Positions 1-11,486 of a stretch of DNA of 64,000 nucleotides are shown here, piece by piece. The translations under genes and the position numbers were made by a program. Numbering within the stretch: position 1 is the first letter of the stretch; the number at the start of each line of letters is the position of its first letter. The notes under the pieces were generated by a model. That model had not been told where the DNA came from and ran no database searches. It saw only the letters and a program-made list of their open reading frames with translations. Source of the stretch: an uncultured SAR116 cluster alpha proteobacterium (lineage in GTDB: Bacteria > Pseudomonadota > Alphaproteobacteria > Puniceispirillales > Puniceispirillaceae); assembly GCA_902573725.1 (NCBI GenBank), contig CACGLE010000001.1:11479-75478 (forward strand). The letters are read 5' to 3'.

Positions 1-327
1 GACAAGGAAATCGAGGAGTCCAAACACGCTATTTGTAGCTTTTTTGATATATCTGAGGAGCAAGCAACTAAAATTATTCAAAAGTTACATGATAATGCTG
101 GACAAAAACATGAATTTCATTCCTTGACAAAGCAGATTAGAAATGAATGTGACTATGATGAAAGAATGTATATTTTGTCGATGTTGTGGCAAATTGTATT
201 GGCGGATGATGAAATTGACTCTCTGGAGTCAAATCTGATGAGAAGGCTCACTGGGCTTTTGTTTGTATCGGATACTGATTCTGCTAAAGCAAAGCAACAG
301 GCAAAAAAAAGACTTGGTCTTGCTTAA
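1..327 (+). CDS. TerB-family (tellurite-resistance TerB-like) protein, 5'-partial
   Basis: The frame of ORF 124..327 stays open back to position 1. The C-terminal sequence ([39 protein letters not shown]) resembles the TerB/DjlA-N helical domain. Confidence 0.55.
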   Translation, partial: DKEIEESKHAICSFFDISEEQATKIIQKLHDNAGQKHEFHSLTKQIRNECDYDERMYILSMLWQIVLADDEIDSLESNLMRRLTGLLFVSDTDSAKAKQQAKKRLGLA

Positions 328-398
328 ATTCTCTAACTGCTTTATTGCGTATTTCAATTTTAAATATCTATAATAATAGAAGAGTGCATGCAACTAAA

Positions 399-737
399 AT
401 GACTTATATAGTGAATGATAAATGTATTTCTTGTAAATATACGGATTGCGTGGAAGTTTGTCCGGTTGATTGTTTCTATGAGGGAGAAAACATGTTGGTA
501 ATTCATCCTGATGAATGTATTGATTGTGGTGTTTGTGAGCCCGAATGTCCACCTGAGGCAATTCTTCCGGATACTGAGGCTGGAGCTGGTGAATGGGTAA
601 ATTTTAATTTGGAAAAAAGTTTAATTTGGCCTAATATAACAGAACGGCGTGACCCATTACCGGGGGCTGAAGATAATTTAGATAAAACTAACAAATTTCA
701 AAATCTTTTCATTGATAAACCCGCCCCTCAAAATTGA
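399..737 (+). CDS. fdxA: Ferredoxin, 7Fe type ([3Fe-4S][4Fe-4S])
   Basis: The ATG at 399 gives [26 protein letters not shown]...[12 protein letters not shown], which has two classic Cys clusters. The 5' extension of ORF 345.. has no homology-like sequence. Confidence 0.9.
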   Translation: MTYIVNDKCISCKYTDCVEVCPVDCFYEGENMLVIHPDECIDCGVCEPECPPEAILPDTEAGAGEWVNFNLEKSLIWPNITERRDPLPGAEDNLDKTNKFQNLFIDKPAPQN

Positions 738-898
738 TAAATTGGTGTTCTGACAAACAATAATTTGTAAAATTAATAAGTTTATGATATTGTTTTGAAA
801 TGGAAAAAATTAAAAAACATTTAATTTGTAGGCTCTAAAATGAGGTCTAATTTAAAAAAGCACTTTGTGATTAAGTGTATTTGAATTGATTTGGAATA

Positions 899-1402
899 AT
901 GACAAAAATAAAAGAATTTACTTATCAAGACGGAGACTTTGTCGTCTACCCAACACATGGTGTTGGCAAAATTTTGGGAACAGAGAAAAGCCGAATTGCT
1001 GGAACAGAAGTTCAATTGATGGTCATTCGATTTGAACAGGATAGAATGACCCTCAGGGTTCCATTAGAAAAAGCTCGTACATTAGGATTGCGGACACTCT
1101 CATCAAGAAAGCATATGGATGATGCCATTACTATCTTGAAAAGTAAGGCAAAAATTCGTAGAACTATGTGGTCTCGACGAGCGCAAGAATATGAAGCAAA
1201 AATCAAATCTGGGGACCCCGTGTCAATAGCGGAAGTTGTGCGCGATTTGCGTAAAAGAGACCCTCAGATTGAGCAGTCCTATTCAGAAAGACAAATGTAT
1301 CAATCGGCATTGGAACGATTGGCTCGTGAATTTGCGGCAATTGAGGACATCGACCAAGAATCAGCAGCTACGAAATTGGAAGACATGATGGATGCTGCTT
1401 AG
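899..1402 (+). CDS. carD: CarD/CdnL-family transcriptional regulator
   Basis: It has an N-terminal CarD_TRCF RNAP-interacting domain (FVVYPTHGVGKI...). Its 167-aa size and position next to fdxA are typical of alphaproteobacteria. Confidence 0.9.
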   Translation: MTKIKEFTYQDGDFVVYPTHGVGKILGTEKSRIAGTEVQLMVIRFEQDRMTLRVPLEKARTLGLRTLSSRKHMDDAITILKSKAKIRRTMWSRRAQEYEAKIKSGDPVSIAEVVRDLRKRDPQIEQSYSERQMYQSALERLAREFAAIEDIDQESAATKLEDMMDAA

Positions 1403-1523
1403 TTAGCTTTTCTGGATGATTAATTAAACAATATTCTATTCTTCTAAAAAAAGTAAAATCGATACCTTTTTAATTTTTTAGATGATCTGCCCTCGACGTT
1501 TATACGTATTCATATAGTAAAGT

Positions 1524-2423
1524 ATGGAGATTATGATGTCAGAGTTATCGGATCCGATTAGAACACTAGACAATCGTTTTATTCGAAAGGCAATGCAACG
1601 ACCATTGCTTGAAAAAGATTATGAGCTTGAACTTGCGCGGAAATGGCGTGATAAAAAAGATCATAAATCAATGCACGTTTTGGTAATGGCATATGCAAAA
1701 CTAGTGATAAGTGCAGCATCAAAGTATAGACATTATGGCCTTACGAACGCTGACCTCATTCAAGAAGGAAACATTGGCTTAATGCAGGCAGCTGAGCGTT
1801 TTGACCCAGAAAGAGGTGTAAGATTTTCAACGTACGCTAATTGGTGGATAAGAGCTTCTATACAGGACCATATTCTCCGCAACTGGTCTATAGTGAGAAC
1901 AGGTACCACAGCTTCTCATAAATCATTATTTTTTAAATTACGAAGATTACGTACACAGATAGGTGAGGCAGATGGAGGAGCGCTTACTGATGAGGGAAGG
2001 CAAAAGATTGCTGATACTATCGGGGTCACAGTTAAAGACGTTATCGTTATGGAGCAGCGCCTTACTGGCAGCGACCAGTCTCTAAACTCATCTCTTGCCG
2101 ATGATGCAGATACTGAAGCCATCGAATTTGTTATGGATACTCGGCCTAACCCAGAGCAAGTTGCAATTTCATGTCACGATAGGGTAGTGATGACCCAATG
2201 GCTTAATAGTGCGCTAAATGAGTTATCCACCAGAGAACGATTTATAATTCTCAAAAGACGGCTTAAAGAGGAAGGAACAACTTTAGAGGAGCTAGGAAAT
2301 TTGCTTGGGGTAAGTAAAGAAAGGGTTCGCCAGATTGAACATCGTGCTTTGTCTAAGTTAAAACAATCTTTGCAATCTACTACAGAATCCCATAAAGATA
2401 TGTTGGAGTCATCATTAGTTTAA
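1524..2423 (+). CDS. rpoH: RNA polymerase sigma-32 (heat-shock sigma factor)
   Basis: It has region 2 (IQEGNIGLMQAAERFDP), an RpoH-box-like SHKSLFFKLRRLR, and a region 4.2 HTH (LGVSKERVRQIEHRAL). The start could instead be the ATG at 1533 or 1536, downstream of a GGAGA. Confidence 0.9.
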   Translation: MEIMMSELSDPIRTLDNRFIRKAMQRPLLEKDYELELARKWRDKKDHKSMHVLVMAYAKLVISAASKYRHYGLTNADLIQEGNIGLMQAAERFDPERGVRFSTYANWWIRASIQDHILRNWSIVRTGTTASHKSLFFKLRRLRTQIGEADGGALTDEGRQKIADTIGVTVKDVIVMEQRLTGSDQSLNSSLADDADTEAIEFVMDTRPNPEQVAISCHDRVVMTQWLNSALNELSTRERFIILKRRLKEEGTTLEELGNLLGVSKERVRQIEHRALSKLKQSLQSTTESHKDMLESSLV

Positions 2424-2451
2424 AAGGTCTAATTATAGGCAATTTTAAGAC

Positions 2452-3390
2452 ATGCGCCAGGATTACGATTTGTCAATTCATCTTCATCCTGTTATAGAGC
2501 CATTTGATAGTGGCTATTTTGAACAGGATATGCATAAAATATATTATGAGCAAATAGGCAATCCTGAAGGAAAAGTGATATTATTTTTACATGGAGGGCC
2601 TGGGGCTGGTTGCTCTTCTGCGCATAGAAGATTATTTGATCCTGAAAAATTTAGGGTCATTTTTTTTGATCAGCGTGGTTCTGGTCGTTCAAAGCCTTAT
2701 GCTTCAATAGAAAAAAACACCACCCAACATTTGATATCAGATATCAATTATTTGCGTGAAAAGCTCAAAATTGAAAAATGGATATTATTTGGCGGCTCTT
2801 GGGGAAGCACTTTGGCGCTTGCCTATGCAATAGAGAACCCAAATTTTGTTTCCGCACTTATATTGAGAGGTGTATTTTTGGGGACTAATGCCGAAATTAA
2901 TTGGTATTTATATGAAATGCGAAGATTTTTTCCAGAGGCTTATGACCGGTTCATCTCTTATATCCCATTAGAAGAACAGCACAATATATTGTCTGCCTAT
3001 CATAAAAGGTTAACAAGTAATGATCAAAAAATTCGTAACCAAGCAGCAAAATTCTTTGCATCTTACGAAAACTCATGCGCTACTCTGCATGCTGAAAAAC
3101 GTGACGCAGGCCAATCTGCTTTAAGCATGGCTGTTCTAGAAGCACATTATTTTATAAATAATTGTTTTTTACCATCTGATTACATTGTCAAAAATGTGCG
3201 GTTTATCCAACAACTGCCATGTTATATTGTTCAAGGTCGCCACGATGTTATTTGTCCTCCCTCAAATGCATATAAACTGCATAAAATTTGGGGAAAAAAT
3301 AGTAAGTTAAGACTTGTGGATGACGCTGGTCATTCCGCGTTTGAGCATGGAACTTTAAGGAACTTAATGCTATTTTTACAATCTGTGTAG
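2452..3390 (+). CDS. pip: Proline iminopeptidase (alpha/beta hydrolase, S33)
   Basis: It has HGGPGAG, FDQRGSGRS and the nucleophile elbow GGSWGS. At 312 aa it is the typical size. Confidence 0.85.
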   Translation: MRQDYDLSIHLHPVIEPFDSGYFEQDMHKIYYEQIGNPEGKVILFLHGGPGAGCSSAHRRLFDPEKFRVIFFDQRGSGRSKPYASIEKNTTQHLISDINYLREKLKIEKWILFGGSWGSTLALAYAIENPNFVSALILRGVFLGTNAEINWYLYEMRRFFPEAYDRFISYIPLEEQHNILSAYHKRLTSNDQKIRNQAAKFFASYENSCATLHAEKRDAGQSALSMAVLEAHYFINNCFLPSDYIVKNVRFIQQLPCYIVQGRHDVICPPSNAYKLHKIWGKNSKLRLVDDAGHSAFEHGTLRNLMLFLQSV

Positions 3391-3535
3391 GTAGATAATT
3401 TATTAATTTAGTTTTTATAATTCAATTTTATCGAACTGAGTTGTAATTCTGACCATAATATAATTAAAATATGGCATATAAGAATTGTTAAATTTTGAAA
3501 AATTCTAATTCTCTATTTTATTTAATGAGAATAGT

Positions 3536-3991
3536 ATGAACGAAAAAAATGAAACAAAAAATTTTCGTGTAACAAATAATAATGCAATTGATATGCATGT
3601 TGGAAAGCGTGTTCGCTTGCGACGTACATTGCTTGGTATGTCACAGGAGCAACTTGGAGTTACCTTAAATTTAACATCTCAGCAGGTGCAGAAATATGAG
3701 AGCGGGACAAATCGTATCAGTGCCTCTAGGTTGTGGGATTTATCACAGATTTTAGATGTTTCTATAGGTTATTTCTTTGAAGACATGTCATCCCAAACAA
3801 AACTAGCTTCACCTCGAAAAGCAAATATAAATAGCAAAAAACTTTTGGATCAGGCTATTGAGCGTGATCCTATGGCAAAGCGTGAAACACTTGAATTAGT
3901 GCGCACCTATTACTCTATTTCTCAGCCACATGTTCGAAAACGAATATCTGAAATGATAAAATCGGTTGCTGGTACACTAAAGGGTGAATAA
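3536..3991 (+). CDS. XRE-family helix-turn-helix transcriptional regulator
   Basis: It has a Cro/C1-type HTH (MSQEQLGVTLNLTSQQVQKYESGTNRIS). Confidence 0.8.
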   Translation: MNEKNETKNFRVTNNNAIDMHVGKRVRLRRTLLGMSQEQLGVTLNLTSQQVQKYESGTNRISASRLWDLSQILDVSIGYFFEDMSSQTKLASPRKANINSKKLLDQAIERDPMAKRETLELVRTYYSISQPHVRKRISEMIKSVAGTLKGE

Positions 3992-4031
3992 ACTAAATAA
4001 GTTTTTTAAATTAAAAAAGGTCAACGATTAA

Positions 4032-4271
4032 ATGAAAGATCAAACAACTTCCCTTACGTTTGAGCAAGCTCTCGCAGAGCTTGAAAGTATTGTTAGAAAA
4101 CTGGAGTCTGGAGATGCAACCCTTGACGAAGCTATCAATGCTTATAGCAGAGGTATTGAGCTGAAAAATCAATGTCAGCAGCGCTTAGAAGCGGCAAGAC
4201 TCCAGGTTGAGAAGATTCAATTTCCTTCTGATGGTTCAGGCCCTAGCATTGAACCGTTTGATAATGATTGA
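4032..4271 (+). CDS. xseB: Exodeoxyribonuclease VII small subunit
   Basis: It is a 79-aa helical protein (FEQALAELESIVRKLESGDATLDEAI). It is the first gene of the conserved xseB-ispA-dxs string. Confidence 0.9.
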   Translation: MKDQTTSLTFEQALAELESIVRKLESGDATLDEAINAYSRGIELKNQCQQRLEAARLQVEKIQFPSDGSGPSIEPFDND

Positions 4272-5185
4272 AAATGTCTAAACTTTTAGATTGGTTAATT
4301 TCTGACGCTAGAGCTGTAGATATTTGGATTAAGCGTTGGTTTGAACAAAAATCTGAAGAGCTAATAACAGCACCAAAACTTCTTGCTGCTATGGAATATG
4401 CCTGTTTAAATGGTGGTAAGCGAGTAAGGGCTGGTCTGGTCTGTGCATCTAATAGAATGGCCAGTTGTTATTTCAATAAAAACTCAGAGAGTGCTGCTTT
4501 GGCCGTGGCAGCCGCTGTAGAACTTTTACATGCCTATTCACTTATTCATGATGATCTTCCTGCTATGGACAATTCGGACCTAAGACGTGGGAAAAAATCC
4601 ACGCATAAAGAATTCGATGAGGCAACAGCGATTTTAGCTGGAGATGCATTACAAACAGCGGCTTTTGAAATTCTTACTGAACGGAAATTAAAATTAACGA
4701 GTTCACAAAAAGTAAAACTTGTGAATCATTTGTCAGCAGCAGCAGGTGTTTCTGGAATGGCAGGGGGGCAAATGCTTGATTTAGAAGCTGAAGCCAAATC
4801 TTTTGATATTGAATGTGTTAGAAATATGCAACTCTTGAAAACTGGGTCGTTAATAACAGCATCAGTAGTCATGGGTGGTGAGGTTGGTGGCGCTGATGAC
4901 GTTATGATTAAAGCTTTGTCAAATTATTCAGAAAATTTGGGGGTCGCGTTCCAAATTAAAGATGACTTGCTCGACTATCAGGGAAGTACATCGCAGCTTG
5001 GAAAGCCAGTTCAGCAGGACAATTCGAGAGGTAAAGCAAGTTATATTGAGCATTATGGAGTAGATGGAGCAAGCAAGAAAGCAAAGGAATTTGTTGAAAA
5101 AGCTTGTGATTCTTTGCAAGACTACGAACAGCATGCTAAGGAGTTATACTCAATAGCTAAACTTATAATAAAAAGGACATATTAA
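4268..5185 (+). CDS. ispA: Farnesyl-diphosphate synthase (polyprenyl synthetase)
   Basis: It has a first Asp-rich motif (LIHDDLPAMDNSDLRRG) and a second (FQIKDDLLD). The TTG at 4268 overlaps the xseB stop. The ATG at 4274 is an alternative start. Confidence 0.9.
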   Translation: MKMSKLLDWLISDARAVDIWIKRWFEQKSEELITAPKLLAAMEYACLNGGKRVRAGLVCASNRMASCYFNKNSESAALAVAAAVELLHAYSLIHDDLPAMDNSDLRRGKKSTHKEFDEATAILAGDALQTAAFEILTERKLKLTSSQKVKLVNHLSAAAGVSGMAGGQMLDLEAEAKSFDIECVRNMQLLKTGSLITASVVMGGEVGGADDVMIKALSNYSENLGVAFQIKDDLLDYQGSTSQLGKPVQQDNSRGKASYIEHYGVDGASKKAKEFVEKACDSLQDYEQHAKELYSIAKLIIKRTY

Positions 5186-5213
5186 ATTTGTGTTGAGCGG
5201 GAGATAATACCTT

Positions 5214-7133
5214 TTGACTGATTTACAAACCCCTTTATTAGATAAAATAAAAACTTTAGAAGATCTACGTCAGTTACCTGAATCACAATTACATCAACTG
5301 GCAGATGAACTAAGGAACGAAACTATTTCTGCTGTTTCTCAAACCGGAGGACATTTGGGGGCTGGATTAGGCGTTGTTGAGCTAACGGTAGCTCTTCATT
5401 ATGTTTTTAATACACCCAATGACCGATTGATATGGGATGTAGGACATCAGTCTTACCCTCATAAAATATTAACTGGAAGAAGAAATCGAATTACGACGTT
5501 GCGGAAGAAAGAAGGTTTGTCGGGTTTCACTAAAAGAAGTGAATCACCTTTTGATCCATTTGGAGCGGGACATAGTTCAACTTCTATTTCTGCAGGTTTT
5601 GGAATGGCTATCGCGCGTGATTTAAAAAATATGAGAAATCATGTGATTTCCGTTATTGGAGATGGAGCAATGTCTGCTGGAATGGCCTATGAAGCCTTAA
5701 ATAACGCAGGAGCCTCAAAATCAGACATGATTGTGATTTTGAACGATAATGACATGAGCATTGCGCAGCCAGTGGGAGCTCTTTCAGCTTATTTATCGGA
5801 GCTTATAACATCAAGGCCTTACCATTCCCTTCGCGTTCTTGTAAAAGAGGTAGCAAGCAGATTCCCGACTGAAATCGAACAAGCAGCAAAGAAAGCCAAG
5901 AATTTAGCACGCGAGATGACTGGCGCCCAATCTTTGTTCTCCAAACTTGGCTTTTTCCATATTGGTCCGATTGATGGTCACGATTTATCTCATTTATTGC
6001 CTATATTTAAGAATCTTAGAGATAGAGATATCAATGGTCCTGTATTAGTTCATGTGGTAACTGAAAAAGGTAAAGGGCATCCCTTTTCAGGTTCAAATAG
6101 TGAAAAGTACCACGCTGTCCCTCAGTTCAATATTGTCACAGGCGAGCAAAAAAAGCCAGGTGGGAATTTGCCTAGTTATACCTCTGTTTTTGCGGATTCA
6201 CTTACAGACCTTGCTGCAAAAGATAAGAGAATAGTAGCTATAACAGCAGCAATGCCCTCAGGAACTGGCCTTGATAAAATGGCGAATTCATTTCCAGAAC
6301 AAGTTTTTGATGTTGGGATTGCAGAGCAGCACGCAGTTACCTTTGCAGCAGGTATGGCAGCGGAGGGTATGAGACCATTTTGCGCTATATATTCAACCTT
6401 TCTCCAACGAGGGTATGATCAAGTCATTCATGATGTGTGTTTGCAAAACTTACCAGTTAGATTTGCGATTGATAGGGCAGGCCTCGTTGGAGCAGATGGT
6501 GCCACCCACGCTGGTATTTACGACCTTGCATATTTATGCTGTTTACCCAACATGACTATTATGTGCCCTGCAGATGAGGCTGAACTTGTGCATATGACAA
6601 ATACAGCAGCATTTTTCGACGATGGCCCTATAGCATTAAGATATCCTAGAGGCAGTGGAACTGGGTTAGCAATTCCGGAGCAGGCTAAACGCCTTACAAT
6701 TGGTGAGGCGCGAATAATTAATCATGGAGAAAACCTTGCTATATTAAGTATTGGCACTATGCTTGAGATTTGCAAAGAGGTTATTGAAATTCTTGCAAAG
6801 AAAAGAGGAGTTAATGCTACTCTTGTTGATGCAAGATTTGCTAAGCCGTTAGATACTAAAATGATAAATAAGCTTTGCACCACTCATTCGTCCCTACTTA
6901 TTGTGGAAGAGGGTGCGCCAGGAGGGTTTGCAGCACAGGTCCTTCAATATATTGTAAATTCTGGCAACCTTGAATCACAACTTAGACTGCGTGTTGCTAC
7001 ACTGCCTGATGAGATAATTGATCACGCTGAACGTGATATTCAACTAAAAAGTGCCGGTTTAGATGTTTTGGGTATTCTAAAGCTATCAGAAAGTCTCGTT
7101 TCTGACCAAAAAAACAAGGTAACAATTGCGTAA
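5214..7133 (+). CDS. dxs: 1-deoxy-D-xylulose-5-phosphate synthase
   Basis: It is 639 aa with [17 protein letters not shown], the TPP motif [18 protein letters not shown], and transketolase-like C-terminal domains. The start codon is TTG. Confidence 0.95.
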   Translation: MTDLQTPLLDKIKTLEDLRQLPESQLHQLADELRNETISAVSQTGGHLGAGLGVVELTVALHYVFNTPNDRLIWDVGHQSYPHKILTGRRNRITTLRKKEGLSGFTKRSESPFDPFGAGHSSTSISAGFGMAIARDLKNMRNHVISVIGDGAMSAGMAYEALNNAGASKSDMIVILNDNDMSIAQPVGALSAYLSELITSRPYHSLRVLVKEVASRFPTEIEQAAKKAKNLAREMTGAQSLFSKLGFFHIGPIDGHDLSHLLPIFKNLRDRDINGPVLVHVVTEKGKGHPFSGSNSEKYHAVPQFNIVTGEQKKPGGNLPSYTSVFADSLTDLAAKDKRIVAITAAMPSGTGLDKMANSFPEQVFDVGIAEQHAVTFAAGMAAEGMRPFCAIYSTFLQRGYDQVIHDVCLQNLPVRFAIDRAGLVGADGATHAGIYDLAYLCCLPNMTIMCPADEAELVHMTNTAAFFDDGPIALRYPRGSGTGLAIPEQAKRLTIGEARIINHGENLAILSIGTMLEICKEVIEILAKKRGVNATLVDARFAKPLDTKMINKLCTTHSSLLIVEEGAPGGFAAQVLQYIVNSGNLESQLRLRVATLPDEIIDHAERDIQLKSAGLDVLGILKLSESLVSDQKNKVTIA

Positions 7134-7869
7134 TCAGGGAAAACAGCGCATTGATACTATAATGGTTGCCCGAGGTCTGGTGCCAAGCAGACATAAAGCA
7201 CGTGACATCATTGTTAATTCTATTGTTAAAGTGGATGGTATTACTGTTAAAAAGGCAGGTCAATTTATAAAAAAAGATGCCGTCATAACACTTCATACCG
7301 ATATTATAGATTATGTAAGTAGAGGTGGGTTAAAGTTAGCATCCGCTTTGGATTATTTTAATGAAATTAAAGTCCGCGATAAAGTTTGCCTCGATCTTGG
7401 CGCAAGTACTGGTGGGTTTAGTGATGTTTTATTGCAGCGTGGGGCATCTTTGGTTTATGCTGTGGATGTTGGGCATAGTCAGCTTAGTCAAAAAATAAAA
7501 GAAAATCCTAATGTTCGTAATCTTGAAAAAACTGATGTAAGAAAACTCAATAGAAAAATAATTGATATTGCGCCCGCAATAATAGTATGTGACCTCTCTT
7601 TTATCTCTTTGCGCCTTGCTCTCCCACCTGCCTTAGCTCTTGCTTCACAAAAAGCAGAAGTGTTAGCTCTAATTAAGCCTCAATTTGAAGTCGGGAAAGC
7701 TTTTGTTGGGAAAGGCGGCATTGTACGTAATGAAGTTCTAATACATAAGGCGCAAGAGTCTATAATCAGCTTCTTAAAAATAGAAGGATGGCATATTAGG
7801 GGTATTTTCCCTTCACCTATAAAGGGGTCGAGTGGCAATCAAGAATTTATGGTAGCTGCGTTTAGATAA
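7126..7869 (+). CDS. tlyA: TlyA-family rRNA 2'-O-ribose cytidine methyltransferase
   Basis: It has an N-terminal S4-like domain and the SAM motif [18 protein letters not shown]. The TTG start overlaps the dxs stop by 8 nt. Confidence 0.85.
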   Translation: MRNQGKQRIDTIMVARGLVPSRHKARDIIVNSIVKVDGITVKKAGQFIKKDAVITLHTDIIDYVSRGGLKLASALDYFNEIKVRDKVCLDLGASTGGFSDVLLQRGASLVYAVDVGHSQLSQKIKENPNVRNLEKTDVRKLNRKIIDIAPAIIVCDLSFISLRLALPPALALASQKAEVLALIKPQFEVGKAFVGKGGIVRNEVLIHKAQESIISFLKIEGWHIRGIFPSPIKGSSGNQEFMVAAFR

Positions 7870-7878
7870 CTTTCGACA

Positions 7879-8976
7879 TTATGTTTCAGGCAAGATAGTC
7901 GTTTGTGCATGATGGCGCATTAAAAGGTCAAGCAATACACATGCCATCATTGCCTCTACGACAGGGACACCTCTTATGCCAACACAAGGGTCATGTCTTC
8001 CTTTTGTTTTTAATTCAACATTATTTCCCTCTTCATCTATTGATTTACGAGGTAGAAGAATTGATGAAGTTGGTTTTATTGCAATTCGGGCTACAATGGG
8101 TGCACCTGAAGAGATACCGCCCAATATCCCACCCGCATTATTTGATAAAAATTCAGGGCCTTCGCCTGACATTACCATTTGATCACCAGCTTCTTTTCCA
8201 GGTATTTCAGATAAAGAAAAACCACCACCTATTTCTATAGCTTTGACGGCATTTATAGACATCATGGCTGATGCTATTTCAGAATCAAGTTTACCATACA
8301 AAGGTTGTCCAATACCTACTGGAACACCTTTTGCAATAACTTCAAGAACAGCACCCGAGGAGGAGCCTTGCTTTCGAACTTTATCCAGATAATTTTCCCA
8401 TAATTTTGCTGCATTTGGGTCACCGCAGAAAAAAGGATTTTTATCGATTTGATTTTCATCAAACTTTTCTGAATTAATTTTATGGGGACCAATTTGTACA
8501 ACGCTTGCTTTGATTTTAAAGGAATTTCCTAATATTTTTGATAATATGATGTCCGCAATTGCTCCAGCAGCGACCCTGACTGCGGTTTCACGTGCAGACG
8601 ATCTTCCACCGCCCCTATAATCTCTAATACCGTATTTTTTAAAATAGGTATAATCAGCATGTCCTGGCCTAAATTGCTTTGCTATTTCACCATAATCTTT
8701 GGAACGCTGGTCTTCATTTTTAATTAGAAGGCAAATGGGAGTTCCAGTTGTTTTGCCTTCAAAAACACCTGAAATTATCTCAACCTGGTCTGTTTCTTTC
8801 CTTTGCGTAACAAAACGGTTTTGCCCAGGTTTTCTTCGGTCAAGGTAACGTTGAATATCACTTTCGTTAAGAGGCACTCTTGGAGGCACTCCATCAACAA
8901 CACATCCAACAGCAGGTCCGTGGCTTTCTCCAAAACTTGTGAAGGAATATAACTTTCCAAATCTATTGTCAGTCAT
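7879..8976 (-). CDS. aroC: Chorismate synthase
   Basis: It has the FGESHG and GRHDPCV signatures and is 365 aa. Confidence 0.95.
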   Translation of the reverse strand: MTDNRFGKLYSFTSFGESHGPAVGCVVDGVPPRVPLNESDIQRYLDRRKPGQNRFVTQRKETDQVEIISGVFEGKTTGTPICLLIKNEDQRSKDYGEIAKQFRPGHADYTYFKKYGIRDYRGGGRSSARETAVRVAAGAIADIILSKILGNSFKIKASVVQIGPHKINSEKFDENQIDKNPFFCGDPNAAKLWENYLDKVRKQGSSSGAVLEVIAKGVPVGIGQPLYGKLDSEIASAMMSINAVKAIEIGGGFSLSEIPGKEAGDQMVMSGEGPEFLSNNAGGILGGISSGAPIVARIAIKPTSSILLPRKSIDEEGNNVELKTKGRHDPCVGIRGVPVVEAMMACVLLDLLMRHHAQTTILPET

Positions 8977-9793
8977 TAGATTTTACAACAGAAATATCTG
9001 GAGCATCTACAGCCTTCATCCCAACCACGTGGTACCCACAATCTACATGATGGGTTTCCCCAGAAACTCCTGAGGAAAGAGGCGATAAAAGATATAAGCC
9101 AGCACCCCCAACGTCATCCAAGGTTACATTACGTTTTAAAGGCGAGTTATATTCATTCCATTTTAGTATGTAACGAAAATCTCCAATTCCTGACGCTGCC
9201 AATGTTTTCATTGGGCCTGCAGACAATCCATTAACTCTTATGTTGCGACCCCCGAGGTCAACTGCTAGATATCGAACGGATGCTTCTAGTGCTGCCTTTG
9301 CAACACCCATTACGTTATAATGCGGCATAACACGCTCAGAGCCATAATAAGTGAGAGTGAGCATTGAGCCTCCATCATTCATCATTTCTGCAGCGCGTTT
9401 TGCTAAAGTAGTAAAAGAATAAACGGAAATGTCCATCGTACGATTGAAGTTTTCACGGCTAGTATCGAGATATAAACCAGTTAGTTCTTCTTTATCGGAA
9501 TAAGCAATGGCATGAACAAAAAAATCAAGATTGCCCCATTCATTTTTTAACTTTGAAAATACTTCATTCATAGATTCATCGCTAGTCACATCACAGTTCA
9601 GAGAAATATTACTGCCAACTAAATTTGCGAGCGGTTCAACTCTTTTTTTTAGGGCATCTCCTTGATACGTGAAGGCCAGATCTGCTCCCTCGTCAGCAAC
9701 CGCCTTTGCAATTCCCCAAGCAATTGAGCGATTATTTGCAACGCCCATAATAAGACCTTTTTTACCAGCTAACAAACCATTTTTATTATCCAT
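8969..9793 (-). CDS. fabI: Enoyl-[acyl-carrier-protein] reductase (NADH)
   Basis: It has an SDR fold ([13 protein letters not shown]) and a catalytic Tyr/Lys region ([14 protein letters not shown]). Its stop overlaps the aroC start by 8 nt. Confidence 0.9.
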   Translation of the reverse strand: MDNKNGLLAGKKGLIMGVANNRSIAWGIAKAVADEGADLAFTYQGDALKKRVEPLANLVGSNISLNCDVTSDESMNEVFSKLKNEWGNLDFFVHAIAYSDKEELTGLYLDTSRENFNRTMDISVYSFTTLAKRAAEMMNDGGSMLTLTYYGSERVMPHYNVMGVAKAALEASVRYLAVDLGGRNIRVNGLSAGPMKTLAASGIGDFRYILKWNEYNSPLKRNVTLDDVGGAGLYLLSPLSSGVSGETHHVDCGYHVVGMKAVDAPDISVVKSND

Positions 9794-9945
9794 TACTTAT
9801 ACCAAAATCTATTTTAAGGAACAAAAATCACAAAGGTGTAAAATAAATCTTCATTGATTTTATTTTTTATTATTATATCATTGTTTTTCTTCATTAAAAC
9901 CATATACCACGTCACAATAAATAAAAAAAATAGTTTATATTAAAT

Positions 9946-10497
9946 TTATTGGACCGAATAACTTATCGTTTTAAAAACTGAAATTTGACTTCCTGGAAGA
10001 TACTTGGTTTCTGTATTAATATCAATGATTTTGCCCTCCACACTAATCGTAAGACGATATCCAATAACTTCTTGAATTGTTTGTTGGGTAACGCTTCTGA
10101 TATCTTCACATGACCGAGTTCGATTGTATCCTACTATTTCTTTGTTTTTTTCATTGGCTTGGTTTGCTGTCTCTTTTCCAAGGATAGCTCCTGCGACGGT
10201 GCCTGCGGCACCAGCCCCTTCGGAGTCTGAAAATTTATTACCAATGGCAGAGCCAATAATTCCACCAATTATCATAGAACCAAGTTCACTTGCTGGTTGT
10301 TCATTGTTTCCATATACAGGCACATCTCTATCTTCACAAATTCGCTCTGTGACGGGGGTTTGTCTAATTACCTCACGGGTTCGTTCCATTACACTAATAA
10401 CCTCTCCAACGACAGTTTCAGAAGAGGTTGTTGCATAAACCGATCCGGGAGTTAGAAAAAGTAACATTGCCAAAGAAAAATAAATAGACTTCATCAT
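9946..10497 (-). CDS. Secreted glycine-zipper (2TM-type) domain protein
   Basis: The ATGATG at 10497 gives the signal peptide MMKSIYFSLAMLLFLTPGSVYA. There is a Gly-zipper segment (GSMIIGGIIGSAIGN...GAGAAGTVAGAILG). The 60-codon N-terminal extension of ORF 9946..10677 is AT-rich and would run into the pdxH start. Confidence 0.6.
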   Translation of the reverse strand: MMKSIYFSLAMLLFLTPGSVYATTSSETVVGEVISVMERTREVIRQTPVTERICEDRDVPVYGNNEQPASELGSMIIGGIIGSAIGNKFSDSEGAGAAGTVAGAILGKETANQANEKNKEIVGYNRTRSCEDIRSVTQQTIQEVIGYRLTISVEGKIIDINTETKYLPGSQISVFKTISYSVQ

Positions 10498-10664
10498 ACA
10501 AACTTCTCCGTAGTTCACAATTTTATTTTTATATATAAGTATCATCGTGTTTATGGCAATAGTAAGGCAATTCAAATTAGATTTGTTGAAACGAATGTAT
10601 ATAAATCTATATATGAGAGCAGAGAGATAAATATTAATAATTACTTTAAAACAGAGATTTAAAA

Positions 10665-11285
10665 ATGAGTAATTCACAAAAGGGTGTTCTTCACAATGAT
10701 TCCTTAAACAAAAACCCGTTTAAGCTATTTGATGATTGGTTTAAGGAAGCCCAAATATCTGAATTGAATGACCCAGATGCTATGGCCTTAGCATCTGTTG
10801 ATAAATATGGATTGCCTTCAGTTCGTATTGTTTTACTGAAACAGTGGTCAGAAAACGGTTTTGTTTTTTTTACCAACTATGAAGGTCGCAAGGGCCAAGA
10901 ACTTCTTGCCACCAAAAAAGCAGCAGCATGTTTGCATTGGAAATCATTGCGCCGGCAGGTACGCATAGTTGGGGAAGTAAATAAAATTAGTAGGTCAGCG
11001 AGTGATGCCTATTTTGCAACGAGGCCTAGGGGAAGTCAGGTTGGGGCATGGGCGTCTTATCAATCACGACCTATTGCTACTCGGTCTGAATTAACTCAAA
11101 AGGTTACCGAATATGAAAAAAAATTTGAAAACCAAATAGTACCTCGACCCAGTCATTGGGGTGGATTCATTATTAAACCTGTAGAGATTGAATTCTGGGC
11201 CGATGGGGCTTACAGACTTCACGATAGGTTTCAATTAAAACGAGACGCGAATAATAAATGGAATGCGACTCGTCTTAACCCCTAA
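10665..11285 (+). CDS. pdxH: Pyridoxamine 5'-phosphate oxidase
   Basis: It is a 206-aa FMN-binding split-barrel protein. The C-terminal WGGFIIKPVEIEFW...RLHDR is typical of PdxH. Confidence 0.9.
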   Translation: MSNSQKGVLHNDSLNKNPFKLFDDWFKEAQISELNDPDAMALASVDKYGLPSVRIVLLKQWSENGFVFFTNYEGRKGQELLATKKAAACLHWKSLRRQVRIVGEVNKISRSASDAYFATRPRGSQVGAWASYQSRPIATRSELTQKVTEYEKKFENQIVPRPSHWGGFIIKPVEIEFWADGAYRLHDRFQLKRDANNKWNATRLNP

Positions 11286-11486
11286 AAGAATAGTTTTTAT
11301 TAACTTTTTTGTCTTTTGAAATAAGGCTTACGAAACCCTCACAATAATTTATTTGCCTGATTTAAGTTACTCAAGGTCGTTTTGAAGCGGTTTACTATCA
11401 ATTCAAATTGATTATTCTTATATTTAAGAAAGAACGAAGAACCAGTTAAAATTCGACGTAAGAAAAGGTCATCTGGGGGGGTCAGT

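Noticed and set aside
10498-10677. Long N-terminal extensions appear in the ORF track for several genes: 9946..10677, 345..737, 32662..33210, 39976..40791, 43616..46045, 29111..31444 and 60316..60654.
   Set aside because: In each case an internal start gives the canonical family N-terminus or a signal peptide, often behind a good Shine-Dalgarno sequence. The extensions are AT-rich read-through of intergenic DNA, or they overlap the neighbouring gene.
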